A stretch of 61,638 nt of DNA, filler included, from Choristocarpus tenellus KU-1152 (GCA_964200185.2; 9 parts of 9 records of this genome joined end to end with filler, not necessarily neighbours in it); one strand, 5' to 3'; shown: positions 25,601 to 40,405, numbered from the whole stretch's first letter. Numbers and translations are program-made. The notes: a model not told the origin generated them from the sequence alone.

Positions 25601-26079
25601 GTAGCAACGCCTTCCTGGACTCTGTCGAGGGTCTGATGAGTAAGCCTTCCCGATCGGCAGCCTTCTCCAATAGATCTCCAATGCATCCTTCCAGGAAAAA
25701 AAGCGAACATACCAGGAATCAGTCTAGGTATCAATCCCCCACTGAGATAGGGGAGTGGTTTGCTACTGCGTCAATGGAATCTTGTAACAACCAAGATAAG
25801 AGAAAGTATACCTATCCTCGTTTCGCGCTTCTCATCTTGTCGATATAGGAGGGTTGAGCCCATCGATGTTGCAAGACACAGATATCTATAAACCCTTGCT
25901 CAACATTCACCTGGTTGGTTGACGATTTGAACATGCAGCACAACTAGACACCCCAACAGTACAGCAGCTATCCCCAAAAAAACCTTTTGGATTACGCCGC
26001 ACACCGCCTTTGGCGTTTCGCCTGTAAGACTCTCAAGGCTGCGATCATAAACACGAAATAGGGCTTTCTCGTACTCCAT
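19607..26079 (-). CDS. TMEM259: Membralin (TMEM259 family) ER membrane protein; exons 25911-26079, 25318-25687, 25050-25134, 24628-24777, 24255-24458, 23148-23246, 22207-22293, 21143-21428, 19607-19962 (a small exon may be missing between 24255 and 23246)
   Basis: Phase-consistent splicing. Motifs LVVLHVQIVNQPGC, VVGYDVAMAN, TALTVRTL, WEYFSLIFVR...FFPRATALYFILFHLYFYYFPMGF...ELEVPAF are characteristic of membralin. Confidence 0.88.
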
Positions 26080-26408
26080 GGTCACCTGCGTCACGCAAGT
26101 ACAGCGGTTAAGGGCAGGGCTAATCCCCACCTCCACAGTAAATAAAGGTACTTCAAAGAACCAGAGGAGTGATGGGAAGAACATCTCCACCCATCCATCC
26201 GCCCATCCCTTGTCCCTTCATCCTTGTAACTAGTGTCTACCTTCTCATCTTCCCTATAGTCGTAGGCGAAAAAGAGGGATCCCTATGCGGTATAGATTGC
26301 ACTCTAACACGTTTTCATTGTAGTACTTCTTCTGTACTCTTAAGGATCGACATCTGCGCTTCGGGACAAGGGTTTGGTTCCTTCGTATAGTCCAACGTCT
26401 GGTGTGGG
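26080..26408. promoter_or_regulatory. Candidate bidirectional promoter / 5' UTR region between membralin and NEMP
   Basis: Divergent predicted start codons only 329 bp apart on one contig. No specific motif was identified. Confidence 0.5.
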
Positions 26409-29400
26409 ATGAGGATCCTTTACCATCCTCCACAGTTCTTTTGCATTGTTCTTACGACATGGGTTGGCTACGGACTATCTCAGAGGGCCTCTGCTAGTAG
26501 TCTTGTGGAAGAAATGGACCCTGCTGGAGAGCCCAACGATCATGGTATACATCCATCTTCCATCAGGAAAATGAGGTGCAACCCTGCAACCGTTGATGGT
26601 TGTGACATATCAGCCCTGGTTGAGGACGAAAGCTCTGTTGAAAGACGTTGGGAAGGGGGACATGAGGGTGACTTTCACATCGAGTTCATCGGTGAAGCAG
26701 TGGGCGACGTATTGCGACCTGATGAATACGAGCCCGAGGGGGATCCTACAGAAACTACGTCGATGCCAGGCCTTGACCTTCTCAAGTGCGAGGAGGGCAT
26801 TTGGCGTGGGGGAACAGGCTCAAACCGCTTTAATCTGCACGCCCTGTGCGAGAATATGTTGCGCAAGCTCCGGCAGGCTGGCCAGGTACTGACATTTTTG
26901 TGAGCGGATGAATCTAAGTCCAATTATTCGGCCTAACTGCAACAGATGTAGTAATGGTGGCGACCACGCTTTCCAGATACGGGTAAACATGTGTGCTTGT
27001 TGTTTCTTCAGCCAATGCTTGCCCCCTGCCTTACTCTCACCCAAACCTGACGATACCCTGGAACCGTGCCCACCTGACCTACTTAGAAAGCGACTGCTGG
27101 CTATAGTGAGCCTGTTGGCGATTCCTTCAGAGAAGAAGTTGTCAGTCAGGTCCCGTCAAGGGCTCGGCCCCCGTCAACCCTGAAAAATGGATTCTTTGCT
27201 ACAGTACTCAACTCAGCAGGATATTTGCAAGCGGCACCATCTGTCCTCTACGGTGTGCTGGGCAGTGTGCCAGGTTGGTTCAGTGAGGTGGTGTTCGAGG
27301 TCAGTGCACCATTTTCACGGCAAGTGGCGAAATGATCTCTCTGGAAATTAGGCAATGAATATGTGGATGCTTGTGTTATGTCTGCATATATTCTAATGTG
27401 GTTTGAGTGAGCTAGAACAAGTGGTACAAATAATTAGATTTACCCACTTTTTCCATCTCTGGAGGTGTATCCCCCTTCATAGTCCCTCCCTTACACCACC
27501 AATGCACATGCCCTTCTTCATCTTCCGTCTCCTGACATATGGAAAAATAAATGTGGATTGTACTTTTCATAGGTCAATACCACACCCACCAAGACCAGTG
27601 GTGCATCAGGGCTACCTGGGAGGCTTATCTTGGCTCAGGAGCCCCACTGGTTGGCAAGACAAGCTTGCCAAATCCTTCTCCCAGGGAAGAACTTTCATGA
27701 TGACAATCTTGGCAGAGGTGATATACCTACCCCAGGGTTCCTTGCCCGCTTCTTATGCTCTCACATTGTGTCCCAGGTACCAGGATGGGATGTCTCCCGC
27801 CCATGCCTGGGTAAAGAGGGGCAATGCTCAAAGGATAAGGACATGTTAGGCTGGCTCGTGACATTTCTGGTTGATGATTGGGAGATGGGATTGGGGGGAG
27901 GGGGGGCTTCATGCTGCTGTGCACTTGGAGGCTCAGGACCATGTGTCGTCAGAGCAGCTCCCGGGCGCCAGCCCTGTCTATACCTGGAGGAGCAATTGGG
28001 GTGGCAGGCAGAGGTACCTGGGGAAGGGACAGGGGTAGGTGGAGTTAACTTCACATCAAGAGTAGAGTTCATCACTGCCGGGGGCAGGTTGTTGAGTGAG
28101 GTGCAGGTTGAGGGTGAAGGTGATCGTGGGCAAGGATGGGGATCAGCGGCTTGGCTCAAGGTGGTGTCAAATGGGATTTCATGGGTTTTGTGGGGTTTAC
28201 CATTGAACCCACTACGCATCATGGTGGGGATCGCACTACTGTGGCATGCACAGGGGCTGAGCTGCTGGAGACTGTTCCATTATGGTTTGTCTGGTGTGCT
28301 GGGGGTGGGGGTGGCAATGGCAGTCTTGTCATTCCGGATGGTGGGGGAGGCCAGGAAAACCGTGGACACAACCCCACTCGGGTGAGATCGAGCACGAGGC
28401 TTGGAACTGGGCTATGTTGGAGGTGGTGTCAATTGGGAGAGTTGGAAGAGGATCCATGGGAGAACCTCTTCTACCCCTCTGACTTTGATGGTGTCACATG
28501 CCCTCGACACTTCCTAGTATTTAGGTGATAACAAAAATTACCTGCAGAACGTGACTAGCTCTAGCACATTCTTAGAGAAAGAAAAGTGGTAGCCGAGCTA
28601 GCGTCTTCAAGGTTGTAATCCCCTCCCCCACTCCCCACCAACCCTTTTGTCGTTCTTGCTCTTATTTCCCACCACCATACATTCTGAAGGTTTGCACTTG
28701 GGGTGAGTATCATCGCATTTCTGCTGGTTGGCCCTCCGTCACTGTTGGTGATGGCCTTGTCATGGGCTTCTCGGGGCCCACAGGTGTGCTTGTGTGTCTT
28801 TATTAGTTTTTGTAAACATATAAATATATATATATAAACATATGTGTGCGTTCTATATTGGTAGGTGGTTTGTGTGCCCTTCCATGCCTTTTTTGATGTA
28901 AAATTGTGTCCTGTGTACATGCATGAACACGTTGTTTGTGCCCAAACTTTGAAATGCCATGGACTGGTTGCTTACTTGTGAGTGAGTTGTGTCTTCAAAG
29001 TTTGTGTTTCTGATGGTGTAGAGAGTTGTCTTTCTGTCAAACGTGTACCCTTTTCTGTCAAATGCTTAAAGTTGCCTTTGCCATCGAAATATAAGAAGGT
29101 ATAGCAATTGGTTTCTGTGTCCACCACAGCCCTTGCCCACATACACCACCTGTACTTTACAGTCATTCTTGACACACCTTGCAGTTGGTCAAATGTTTTG
29201 CCTCTCTCAATCACCACCTAACCTGAAGTTGCTCCACCTATCCAAACATCCTACCCACCCTAAGACATTGCCCAATCTCCCCCCTCCTAACCCCCACTTG
29301 ACCAATACTGCATATATTGTGCACCTCTTCTTGTGCTCACTCGTTGAAATTACGGTCCTTTTGTAATGTTTTATGCACATGGATGGATAAGGTCGTCATA

Positions 29401-32400
29401 TCCACGTCACTTCTCTTCTGGGAGCATGGTCTGGGAAACAGCTACCCCTGGGCAGGCAAGGCATTCTTTATGGCCTCTGCCTTGATGGGTATATTGATCA
29501 CACGTATGCTTGGACTATTTCTGGAAGATCCTCGGCCAGATGGAGGGTTCCTGTCATCATGGTGAGGAGGGCAAGAAACCTTGTGGCTGTAGTGTTTGTG
29601 GTAATGATTATGGAATTTGGTTTGAAGGAAGAATGAAAATGGATCAAAATATGGATATCTTTTGCATTGCCATCTACTTTGGAGCTACAGATGGTGAGCG
29701 TTGGAGGTAAATGGTGAGGGTTTGGATGAGCAGAAGAGTGACATATTACAAGCCGATCCAACTGAAAATGCGATATAACTCTTCAGTTGCATTTATAACT
29801 CTAGAACTAGGAGGAATTGAGAAACATATTGTATGTATAGAATGTTTCCCTCTCACAAAGAAGTCCATTCAGCCTATACATAAGAATGCACAAATGTATT
29901 TTCGTTAAGTCAATGTCAATTGGGAACATGGATTGAAGGACAGATGGTAGACAATTAATGCGCTTTAAGTTTTGACTGGATGCATCGGATGCAGAAATTG
30001 CCTTCTTTCTCCATCTCAGTTTGCTCTGACTGGGTGGAGTTTAACACGGTGGTCACCCACCAGGACAAAGGGAGACAGGAAAAGAGAGATAACAGAAAAA
30101 AATGGAGATGGACCACAATTTAGTCTGAAAGTAAAGGAAACAATGAACACCTTGAGCTACAGCTCCCAGCATCCACAGAGACTTGGTGTCTTGAGTTGAG
30201 TGCATATAGTACTGTACCTCATCACAAGAATCAAAAGACTAACTCAAAATTTTGGATTTGAAGGACAAAGTCTCAAGGGTCGGCTCTTAATGTGTAGGAA
30301 GCTAACACGGTTCCAAAATTTTGTATGAAATTTTCCTACCTGTCGTAGTGCAACTTTGTTATTCAGAATAATTGGGTTAACTGTACTTTATTCAACCACA
30401 GTCATTTTCTGATCGAGACAACTGGAACCTCAATATTTGATCCTCTAGTTCAGGTTAAAAGTTTGGAGTTGATATCTTGATTTAGGTAGCATATTCCTTC
30501 TTTTTCACCAGATCAGCCTTCGGGCAGGAGAGATAATTGGATAGACCGTCTATCTGCATCACAAGGTTACAGTGCTTGCTGATGTGCTTGTGGTGTTTCA
30601 GCATGCATTGTTGGTTGATATTGTAGGCCTTGTACCAAGGAGAAACTAACATCGATAGGGGTTTGTCATTGTTTTTTATTTTGAAGTATGACTAAAAAAG
30701 TATCGTGAGGGGAGGGTCCGCGCTGTGGTTTTATTTGTTGTAGATAAGCTGCAAATGTCGCCAGATTTGCTGTTCTGTGCATGAGGACAAAAATCCTCTT
30801 GTTCAACAGTTTCATTCAGGTGGTGTTCACAAGCGGTGGAGAAGCGTAATTATGATACTCTTGTATCTCCCTTCAGCCTCTACTATTAATATTATGAATG
30901 TGTAAATTAGGTACACAGGGTAGGGACGATTTCATATTTGTCCATTTTTTCCTATGAATCCTGTAAACCCTGTGACCATGTTGTGAGGAAGATCCTTGAG
31001 GGTGCTGAAGATTTGACCACCTGAACCTCAGTGTACAATGCATATTCCTTAATCTACCTGGAAATGCTTTCCAAAAGCTCCATTTATGATCATTGTGTTA
31101 TTTCAAAGGGCATAATAATGTAATGGTATGTAACAGATGCAGCTGGCAGACTTTCCACACAGAGTGTGCAGGACACACAACTTTGACACAATACCTCCAA
31201 CTGTAGGTATCTTTTGTCTTCTACACATGCGCTTCACCTTGCTGTGACCTGTGGAACTTACTGTAGATATTCACCACATGTACAGACCTGTGTGATCAGT
31301 ATTATGAGCACCAGGTCAAGAGTTCGAGGTCAATGAACCATCACCTCAAGGGGAGTCAATTTAGGCCCTTTCAAGTATATCTAGTTTTTGAAATCTTCTA
31401 CCTAACATACAACTCCCATGCTTGTAATACTGCTAACCCACTGAGAAGACTCTGGAGGTAGAAGAGGAGGCAATGGTTTATCCACGAAAGCTTGAAATTA
31501 ATAACTAGAGTACCAGAAGCACATGGTGTACCAGATGGCAGTCACAGGGGGCCCAAATACTCAACCACGCACCCCTTTAAGATAGGATGGCTCAATGGAA
31601 TGCCTTACTTCTGGAAGAACAGTGCTAGATCTTGGTACATCTAGCCTTTCAAATGTTAATTTTTTGACCAAGCAAGAAACTTCCCTGAGGATTATCCCCC
31701 ACCTCACCGCCACTGACTCTACTCTGAACGACCTTGTGCAGGCTCAATGGCAGGGCCAGTCTATGCAGGGCTATCAAGCTTCTTGGGGTCCATCTGCTTA
31801 TCACTGGTGTGTCCAGCCTGGAGGTGGGCATTACTCTCTCTGTCGCAGCCCTGTGCACACCAACGTTGTCCCACTGGGCTAACAGGATCTACATGTGGCG
31901 AAACAAGTGCGTAGAGGTCTGCCTACCCTCTCTGCATTGTTGTGATGGGTGTGTTTTTGTGTATGCTGGAGGACATTTGGGTACGCTGTTTGAAGAGGGG
32001 TTTATTGGAGATGAGGCTGTGGTGACGCTGGAGAGGGTGTACTTGAGGGGTGGTACTAACCTGAGACTTCAAGTCGTTGCTGCCAATGCACCAATTTTTT
32101 TACCAGTGAACAGTTGCATTTTCCACTCTCTTGTTGATTGCTAGAGTGGTCGTCTTTGATCTTCTACCTTCTTCCTAGTCCCTACTTCGCTAAAGGATGT
32201 TTTTTCTTGCTGACCACGTATCAATCACCTTTTGATAGGGTTAGGGTTGGTGTAGTATCGGAGTCTGTGCGTTTGATCTGTGGACTGTGTGTATGTGTGT
32301 TCTGTATGTTAGCATCTAGAGCTACTTGGAGTATTTGGAGCATATGGAGAAAAAGGCAATGTTTTTGTATGATGAACTTGTTGCACCACTCACAGGGGAC

Positions 32401-34459
32401 AGTGTGGCCGGCAGGTCTATGCTGATGCGACTAAAATGACCATTGATGGAACTGATGGAGTTACTACCTTTAGAAAGACTCTGTACCAGTTCCAATCCTG
32501 TAGAGCTCTGTTCACAAAACTATCGGGACAGTCATATGAACAAATATTGGGACACAAGATTGGGGGGGGGGGGGAACAACCATTTGAGGGATGAAAAAAT
32601 CAGTTGATGTGTGTGTATTGATAGAAATTTTCAGGGCAACTCTACATTTGGAGTGCAGCAATTTCAGGGTCCATGCAACACTCTTCGAGAATCAGATTTG
32701 ATCGTGCTTGCTCCACCAGCCCTCCCCTTTACCTGCTCTGGTAGTTCCCCAATTCTTGTTCATGTCACCACACCCCAACTTCCTCCCCTTGGGTATGACC
32801 CCCTGTATGTTGCAGGTCGCGCTACCGTGCTGCATATCACCTATCAGAGGAAGAATACCAAAGGCAAGGGGAGTTGTACACTGCAAAGGCTCTGGAGGAG
32901 CTGAGGCAAGCACAAGAGGGGCAGGTTCCTAGCAAGGTATCATATTGGAGTGGTGCATTGGTAGAAGAGTGGTGGGGGTTTTTAGGTTGAGGGGAAGGTG
33001 CTGATGTGCTAGGACTGTTGTTCGTCTATTTAATTTGGTGTTCTAGAACTGATTATGCAATTATCCTACTGTATTATTGTGTGTGTGTGTGTGTGTGTCA
33101 CATGATGTAAAATGATGGTCACAAGTGGGGAGTGTGACATGCTTTTGTAGGGGGGAGGAAATTGTGTGTGTAATCGTTTTGTGCAATGTCAAGAAATGAT
33201 CGTTGAAAAGTTGTTTTGCAGTAAGTTACAGTGCACTATTGATATTGTGCTGAAACGTATGTGGACAAGGCATGCAGAATTTCACATGGCAGTGCTGGAT
33301 ATTTAATTCAAAGACTATTATAGCACCCATTTGCCCAAGACTGATATTTTTGACTTCAGGAGAGTCTAGCTATGCTCTAGCCACACACACCCTTTTCCTA
33401 CAATCTAAGTTGGGATAGAAACAGCATGATAGACACAGTGTATGTCTCCACAGAAACGAGGATGTCTGCAAGATTGTAGCATGCAACATTGCACACCTTG
33501 GACAAACAAACGCTCAACACTATGTTACACTCATAGCTGTTGAAACAAGAACATACCTAACATCTATTATTATGCCCATTAACATCTAGCAAAATTGTGA
33601 CAGAAAGTGTTTAGCAACTGTGTTTTGAAATTGTAATCTTCAAATTGTGCAACATTGGAAACAGTGCAACAATGGCATTGCCTATTTGCTAGTGCTCTTC
33701 TACAGGAGGTTTCATTTGTTGGTCATGCTGTTATGAGTTGGAAGAGGGGATGGGATGAGTCAATGATGTACGTGTCACTGGGGCTGTTGGGCAAGGGGGA
33801 GGAAGTTGGTTGGAGGGCATTAAAATTTGTGATGCATAGTGGTAAGAACAGCGATCATCCCTTGGAGGTAGGTGACTTGCATAGTGGTGATGATTTGGGA
33901 CACAGAATGACCATGAAGTGGGCATATTAGCTACTGTGAAACAAATCAGGCCCTGGAGAATTTGGTAATGAGGATGAATTCACATTCAAAATTGTTCATG
34001 AGTACATCCCTTACAATCCCTGAACATCTACCCTCCCATATTTTTGTCCATCACACATGATTGTGATTATCTCTTGAATTCCACCATGCCAGTGTTATAT
34101 AAATAATGCAACAACCCCTGTAGCCACACGCGCAATTTCCTACCAAGAGTCAGACTGATCCAGCTCACTCTGCACAGCGTGTGCCAAGACAATCGTGCTC
34201 AAAAGCCCAGGGTGGACATCTAAGCAATGAACCAAGATGCCTCCCCCTTCACTTGCCCCACCCTCCAACCTGTGTCCTTGATCCAACTCTCACACACAGT
34301 TTGACTTGGTATCTTTATACTCTGGTGTGCCTATTATCTTAGCTTGGTAGGAAATCCCGAGCAAGGTTTCGTGCCTTTCTCATGAGTGGAAATCATATTG
34401 CTGATGGAAATGGCGGAAAGAGCGGCCAACGTTCCTGGAGTTCATGCACCTTGCAGTGA
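26409..34459 (+). CDS. NEMP/TMEM194-family nuclear envelope integral membrane protein; exons 26409-26885, 27220-27319, 27850-28381, 28690-28783, 29392-29561, 31742-31906, 32816-~32905, 34351-34459
   Basis: Signal-peptide-like N-terminus and TM segments LRIMVGIALLWHAQGLSCWRLFHYGLSGVLGVG and LCRAIKLLGVHLLITGVSSLEVGITLSVAALCT. Family signature LSEEEYQRQGELYTAKALEELR, then RFRAFLMSGNHI. Splice phases are consistent. An extra small exon between 32905 and 34351 is possible. Confidence 0.88.
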
Positions 34460-34499
34460 GGTAGGATGAGAAATGCTACTGTCTGGGAGGGTGGGGGGG

Positions 34500-34599
34500 N
34501 NNNNNNNNNNNNNNNNNNNNNNNNNNNNNNNNNNNNNNNNNNNTTAATTAATTAANNNNNNNNNNNNNNNNNNNNNNNNNNNNNNNNNNNNNNNNNNNN
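34500..34599. other. Artificial contig linker
   Basis: N44-TTAATTAATTAA-N44. Confidence 0.98.
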
Positions 34600-35069
34600 G
34601 CATTTCCAATATTATGAAGAAGGGTTTGAGTGGGGGAATTAACAGTGGGAGGGGGGGGGGGCAGACGGAGGAGACACACAAGAGGGGCGGTCAAAAGGAG
34701 GTATGCTCTAACAATTTTGATTCAGAAGGAAATTGATTCAAACGTCTTGTAATAGAACATTTTGGAAACCGATGTTGAGATCCGATTAACAAATTGAGCT
34801 CGATCAGGAAGGACATCAACAGCCCAATATTCAAGTCAAGAAATAAAGTCAAAAGTAAAGCAACAATGTAATTATTTTTTTGAAAACCACCAAAACCCAA
34901 TTGTGGTCTCTTAACCAGAGAATCATAAGTTTCATTCCCAATAAAAGACATTTCCCCAACACCACCCTGAGCAAGTCATAAGCTGCCCACTGTTTGATTG
35001 CTGTCACCCTGTGCCGTAATGGAGACAGGTCTTGAAATCTCCAAGATTACTCTTAGCATCACATCAATG

Positions 35070-36828
<1,759 letters not shown>

Positions 36829-37173
36829 CTTTGATATCGTAGAGAGTCAACACCACCACCACCACCACCAACACCAACACCAACAGTAACAGTAACAATA
36901 ACAACAATAACAATAATAACAACAATAAAACAGAAAGTGAGGAAACAGTATGATACGTTTCATTTATTTTTTTTTGTAAGGAATTGGCCAGGCGGAGTGG
37001 GAACACGTAAAAATAATAAAATTTGCACAAAAGAAATCCCTCGACGTGGATTTAATTACCAAAAAGAAAAAAAAGAACAAAAACACATGCCTGCCACCCC
37101 CCCCCCCCCCCACCCCATTTTAAAAAATCCAAAAAGAAATAAATGGCCTTTGGGGGGGGGGGTGATAAAGGAG

Positions 37174-37273
37174 NNNNNNNNNNNNNNNNNNNNNNNNNNN
37201 NNNNNNNNNNNNNNNNNTTAATTAATTAANNNNNNNNNNNNNNNNNNNNNNNNNNNNNNNNNNNNNNNNNNNN
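37174..37273. other. Artificial contig linker
   Basis: N44-TTAATTAATTAA-N44. Confidence 0.98.
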
Positions 37274-38203
37274 CCCCCCTTCCATCCTGGCTGCATAGGG
37301 GGATGTCTTACCGTTTTTTTGTAAAAGGTTTGACGGTGAAAGGGTTTGAACTCACAAAACACTCTGGAGTTTTAAACATCAAACTGGCTCTATTCTCCCG
37401 GCAGGGATTGCGTATCAAAAGACTCTTGTGGCAGCCAAAGATCGTTAAAGTGAAGAAATGGCACAGATAACCGTCATGCAACATACTGTGTGAAAAACAA
37501 CAGACAACAGACAGCACACAACACAGACCAGCCAAACAGAGTTTGTTTGTAGGTCCCTGTGACCAGGCCATGTAAGGCACACATGCAAAACACTCCAACA
37601 ACACTCCATACCCCGAAACAAAAGTGTGTTCCTCGACTGATTCAAAATACTTCACTTCACTCAGCGAGAAATATATATATATATATATAATAATAAAAAC
37701 AATGCAAGGAAACCCATACTCGAAATGTAGTTACTATTTCCCAGCACGGCGAATACATTCACTCCAGAGTATACACACAAAACGGTAGGATAGTATGATA
37801 GAGTACTACCAAGAGTAACATCAAGTATGAGGTGAGGTCTAATGGCCACTTGCTCACTCACCTGCCACATACAAGGGTCTTTCTCAAGTACATCGTGTAA
37901 TATTAAAAAAATACTAAGAGCACATTTAAAAAGTTACTACGATTTAAAATTAAACACCACCAGCATCACACTACTTCAAAAACTAACCCTAACGCTAAGC
38001 ATCACATCCCGAACATCGCCTCCCCAAGACCTATATCCTACACAATAACTCAGCCCCATCAAGGGAAATATCATGGACTCCACACCAGGGGAATATAGGC
38101 CGCCTTAGGTATTAGGAGGAGGGGGTATGCAAGACTCTCAACTCATTGAGTAAAGGGATGGTAAAGGTGTGAAATGGGTTGTGATAGGCATAGATATTCT
38201 CAC

Positions 38204-39475
38204 CAACCCTTCCGCTCCAATTGGTAAAACCTCAGCTTCCCGGTTCAGGTCCTCATAAGGCACAGGCTCACCTTCCTCTCCTGGCATAAGAGGATGCCAA
38301 GGGGTTACACATGATACATGTGAAAGGATAGAAGTATGAAACAGAGAGTATAATATATTCCTGTGTATGCATTATGAATTGTGTGTTTGTGCAGCTATCA
38401 GTTGTAAAACATGTACAAAAAACCTCGATGTCTTCCTTATTCATCCCCCCATACTTCGTCTCGGTCTTCCCTCAAAATATGTCCATCTCTTCTACTGCCA
38501 CCACCAAAAGACACCCCAACAGTGCGGCTATCTCCCCTAAAAAAAAAAAAGGACTTTCTCGACCATATTTTCCAAACTACTATTGTATGTACTATTGTAT
38601 GTACTATTGTATGTATTATTGTATGTACTATTGTATGTACTATTGTATGTAACGGCCCTCCCCCCGTTGTAGAGGCACATACAGTAGTGCAAAATACACA
38701 TCACATGGACAACACAATAATGATCCATCATGAACCCCCACCAAAAATCAATGAAATGAACCATTACCTCATAATTCATTAGGGTTATTATGAAAGTGTC
38801 TGCAATATAAAAATTATCAGGACAGATAATAGACTTGGTGACAGGGAAGGGGGAGAGGGGGAAGGGCATGCAAAACATACCTGAAATCAGTCGCCTGAAC
38901 CAAGCAACTATGCTTCCAGTAGAAGTTTGCCCTCCTTCAACCACCCCCAAGCCTGGCAGGACGGCATCAGGGTAGGTGCCCCACATTCCTGGTCCTTCCA
39001 GGTGACTACAAAAGTTGAATGGGAATTGGATCTTCCATGCATATGCGCAGGCGTGTGTGTACCTAAGTTGAATGGAATGATTGTACTTGCATGTATCCAT
39101 CCAGCAATCAACACATGCGTGCTGGAGTGTTACCACAAATCTTTGGCTTCAGAAGTCCACATGCGAGTTACACGCACACACACATACCTCATGGAGATGT
39201 GTGGCAACACAAACGCCTCATCTATATATACCAAATCTAATGTACTTTCACCCCCATCAAATGTCTCAATGCCAGTAGTGTGTGAGTGTGTGTGTGTGTG
39301 TGTGTGCATTTTTTTGTTTGTGTTTGTGTTGTGTGTATTGTGTGTGTGTGTGTATGCGTGTGTGTGTGCGACGTTAAGCTTCTGATGTCACCTCACCTGT
39401 CTGTCAACCCAAGGTGGAGATGGGAAGACCCTGTAAGAAGCGCTAGTTCTCCCGGTCGAACGACACCCAGGCCAA
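38204..39475 (-). CDS. FGGY-family carbohydrate kinase (ribulokinase-like), three internal exons 39397-39475, 38881-39005, 38204-38280
   Basis: GLGVVRPGELALLTGSSHLHLGLTD | SHLEGPGMWGTYPDAVLPGLGVVEGGQTSTGSIVAWFRRLIS | GEEGEPVPYEDLNREAEVLPIGAEGL: FGGY C-terminal domain motifs. Phases are consistent. Confidence 0.88.
38577..38650. repeat. 12-bp minisatellite (TACTATTGTATG) x6
   Basis: Read directly from the sequence. Confidence 0.95.
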
Positions 39476-39560
39476 CTATTAGAAATAGAAATAGAAATGA
39501 ACATGAGACAAACACACGTTGATCACAAAGGACAATAAACAAAACAAAAAAACAAGAGGG

Positions 39561-39591
<31 letters not shown>

Positions 39592-39700
39592 CAAGCAAGC
39601 AAGTAAGCAAGCAAGTAAGCAAGCAAGCAAGTAAGCAAGCAAGTAAGTAAGTAAGCAAGTAAGTAAGCAAGCAAGTAAGTAAGCAAGTAAATAAGTAAGC
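39561..39700. repeat. Compound (AAGT/AAGC)n microsatellite
   Basis: Read directly from the sequence. It explains the spurious LLTY/LLAC ORFs. Confidence 0.95.
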
Positions 39701-40048
39701 ATATTGATCGGTTTCAAAAACACCACACGAACTGAATCAGAAAGAAAAAAAGATCAAATAAATAAAAATAGAACATAAGTCCCATGATGTGAGGTGTGCA
39801 TCTGATTTGAGAAAACGTCATGTCAACAACAATCCCATGGCAAACGAGGACAGCTCATGTTGAAACTTTGACCACAGAACAGGCTTGCAAAGACCTGTAT
39901 GACCCTCAAGTGGCAACCTCTGCCCTTGCCTGCCCACGATGCCCGTGTCCACATCACATTAACCACATCAATAACATGGCATCAATATGGGGTGAAGGTT
40001 ATGTATGATGCCATGATGATGGGGTCAAAGTATCTGGGGGGGGGAGTG

Positions 40049-40148
40049 NNNNNNNNNNNNNNNNNNNNNNNNNNNNNNNNNNNNNNNNNNNNTTAATTAA
40101 TTAANNNNNNNNNNNNNNNNNNNNNNNNNNNNNNNNNNNNNNNNNNNN
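40049..40148. other. Artificial contig linker
   Basis: N44-TTAATTAATTAA-N44. Confidence 0.98.
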
Positions 40149-40405
40149 TTCCTCACGTGTTCATTATTGAAGTCAACCATGAACTCCTGTTGAAGCACCC
40201 ACATGACCACTCCCCCCTCTCTCTCACCTCCCAGTTGCATCGTCATCACCCACTGTTCTTATCTGAGCGTCCCAAAGCATAAATCACTCCCATGTACACA
40301 CTGGACAGTATTCCTTAACCCACCTCCCTTTCCCCTTTCCCATGTGTGACATGTGGCACACTCTAACTACATAACTTTCGTAATCTACACTCCAAATAAC
40401 ACAAG

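Noticed and set aside
30200-31300. Possible LINE RT remnant in a NEMP intron
   Set aside because: Too degenerate, with no intact diagnostic motif.
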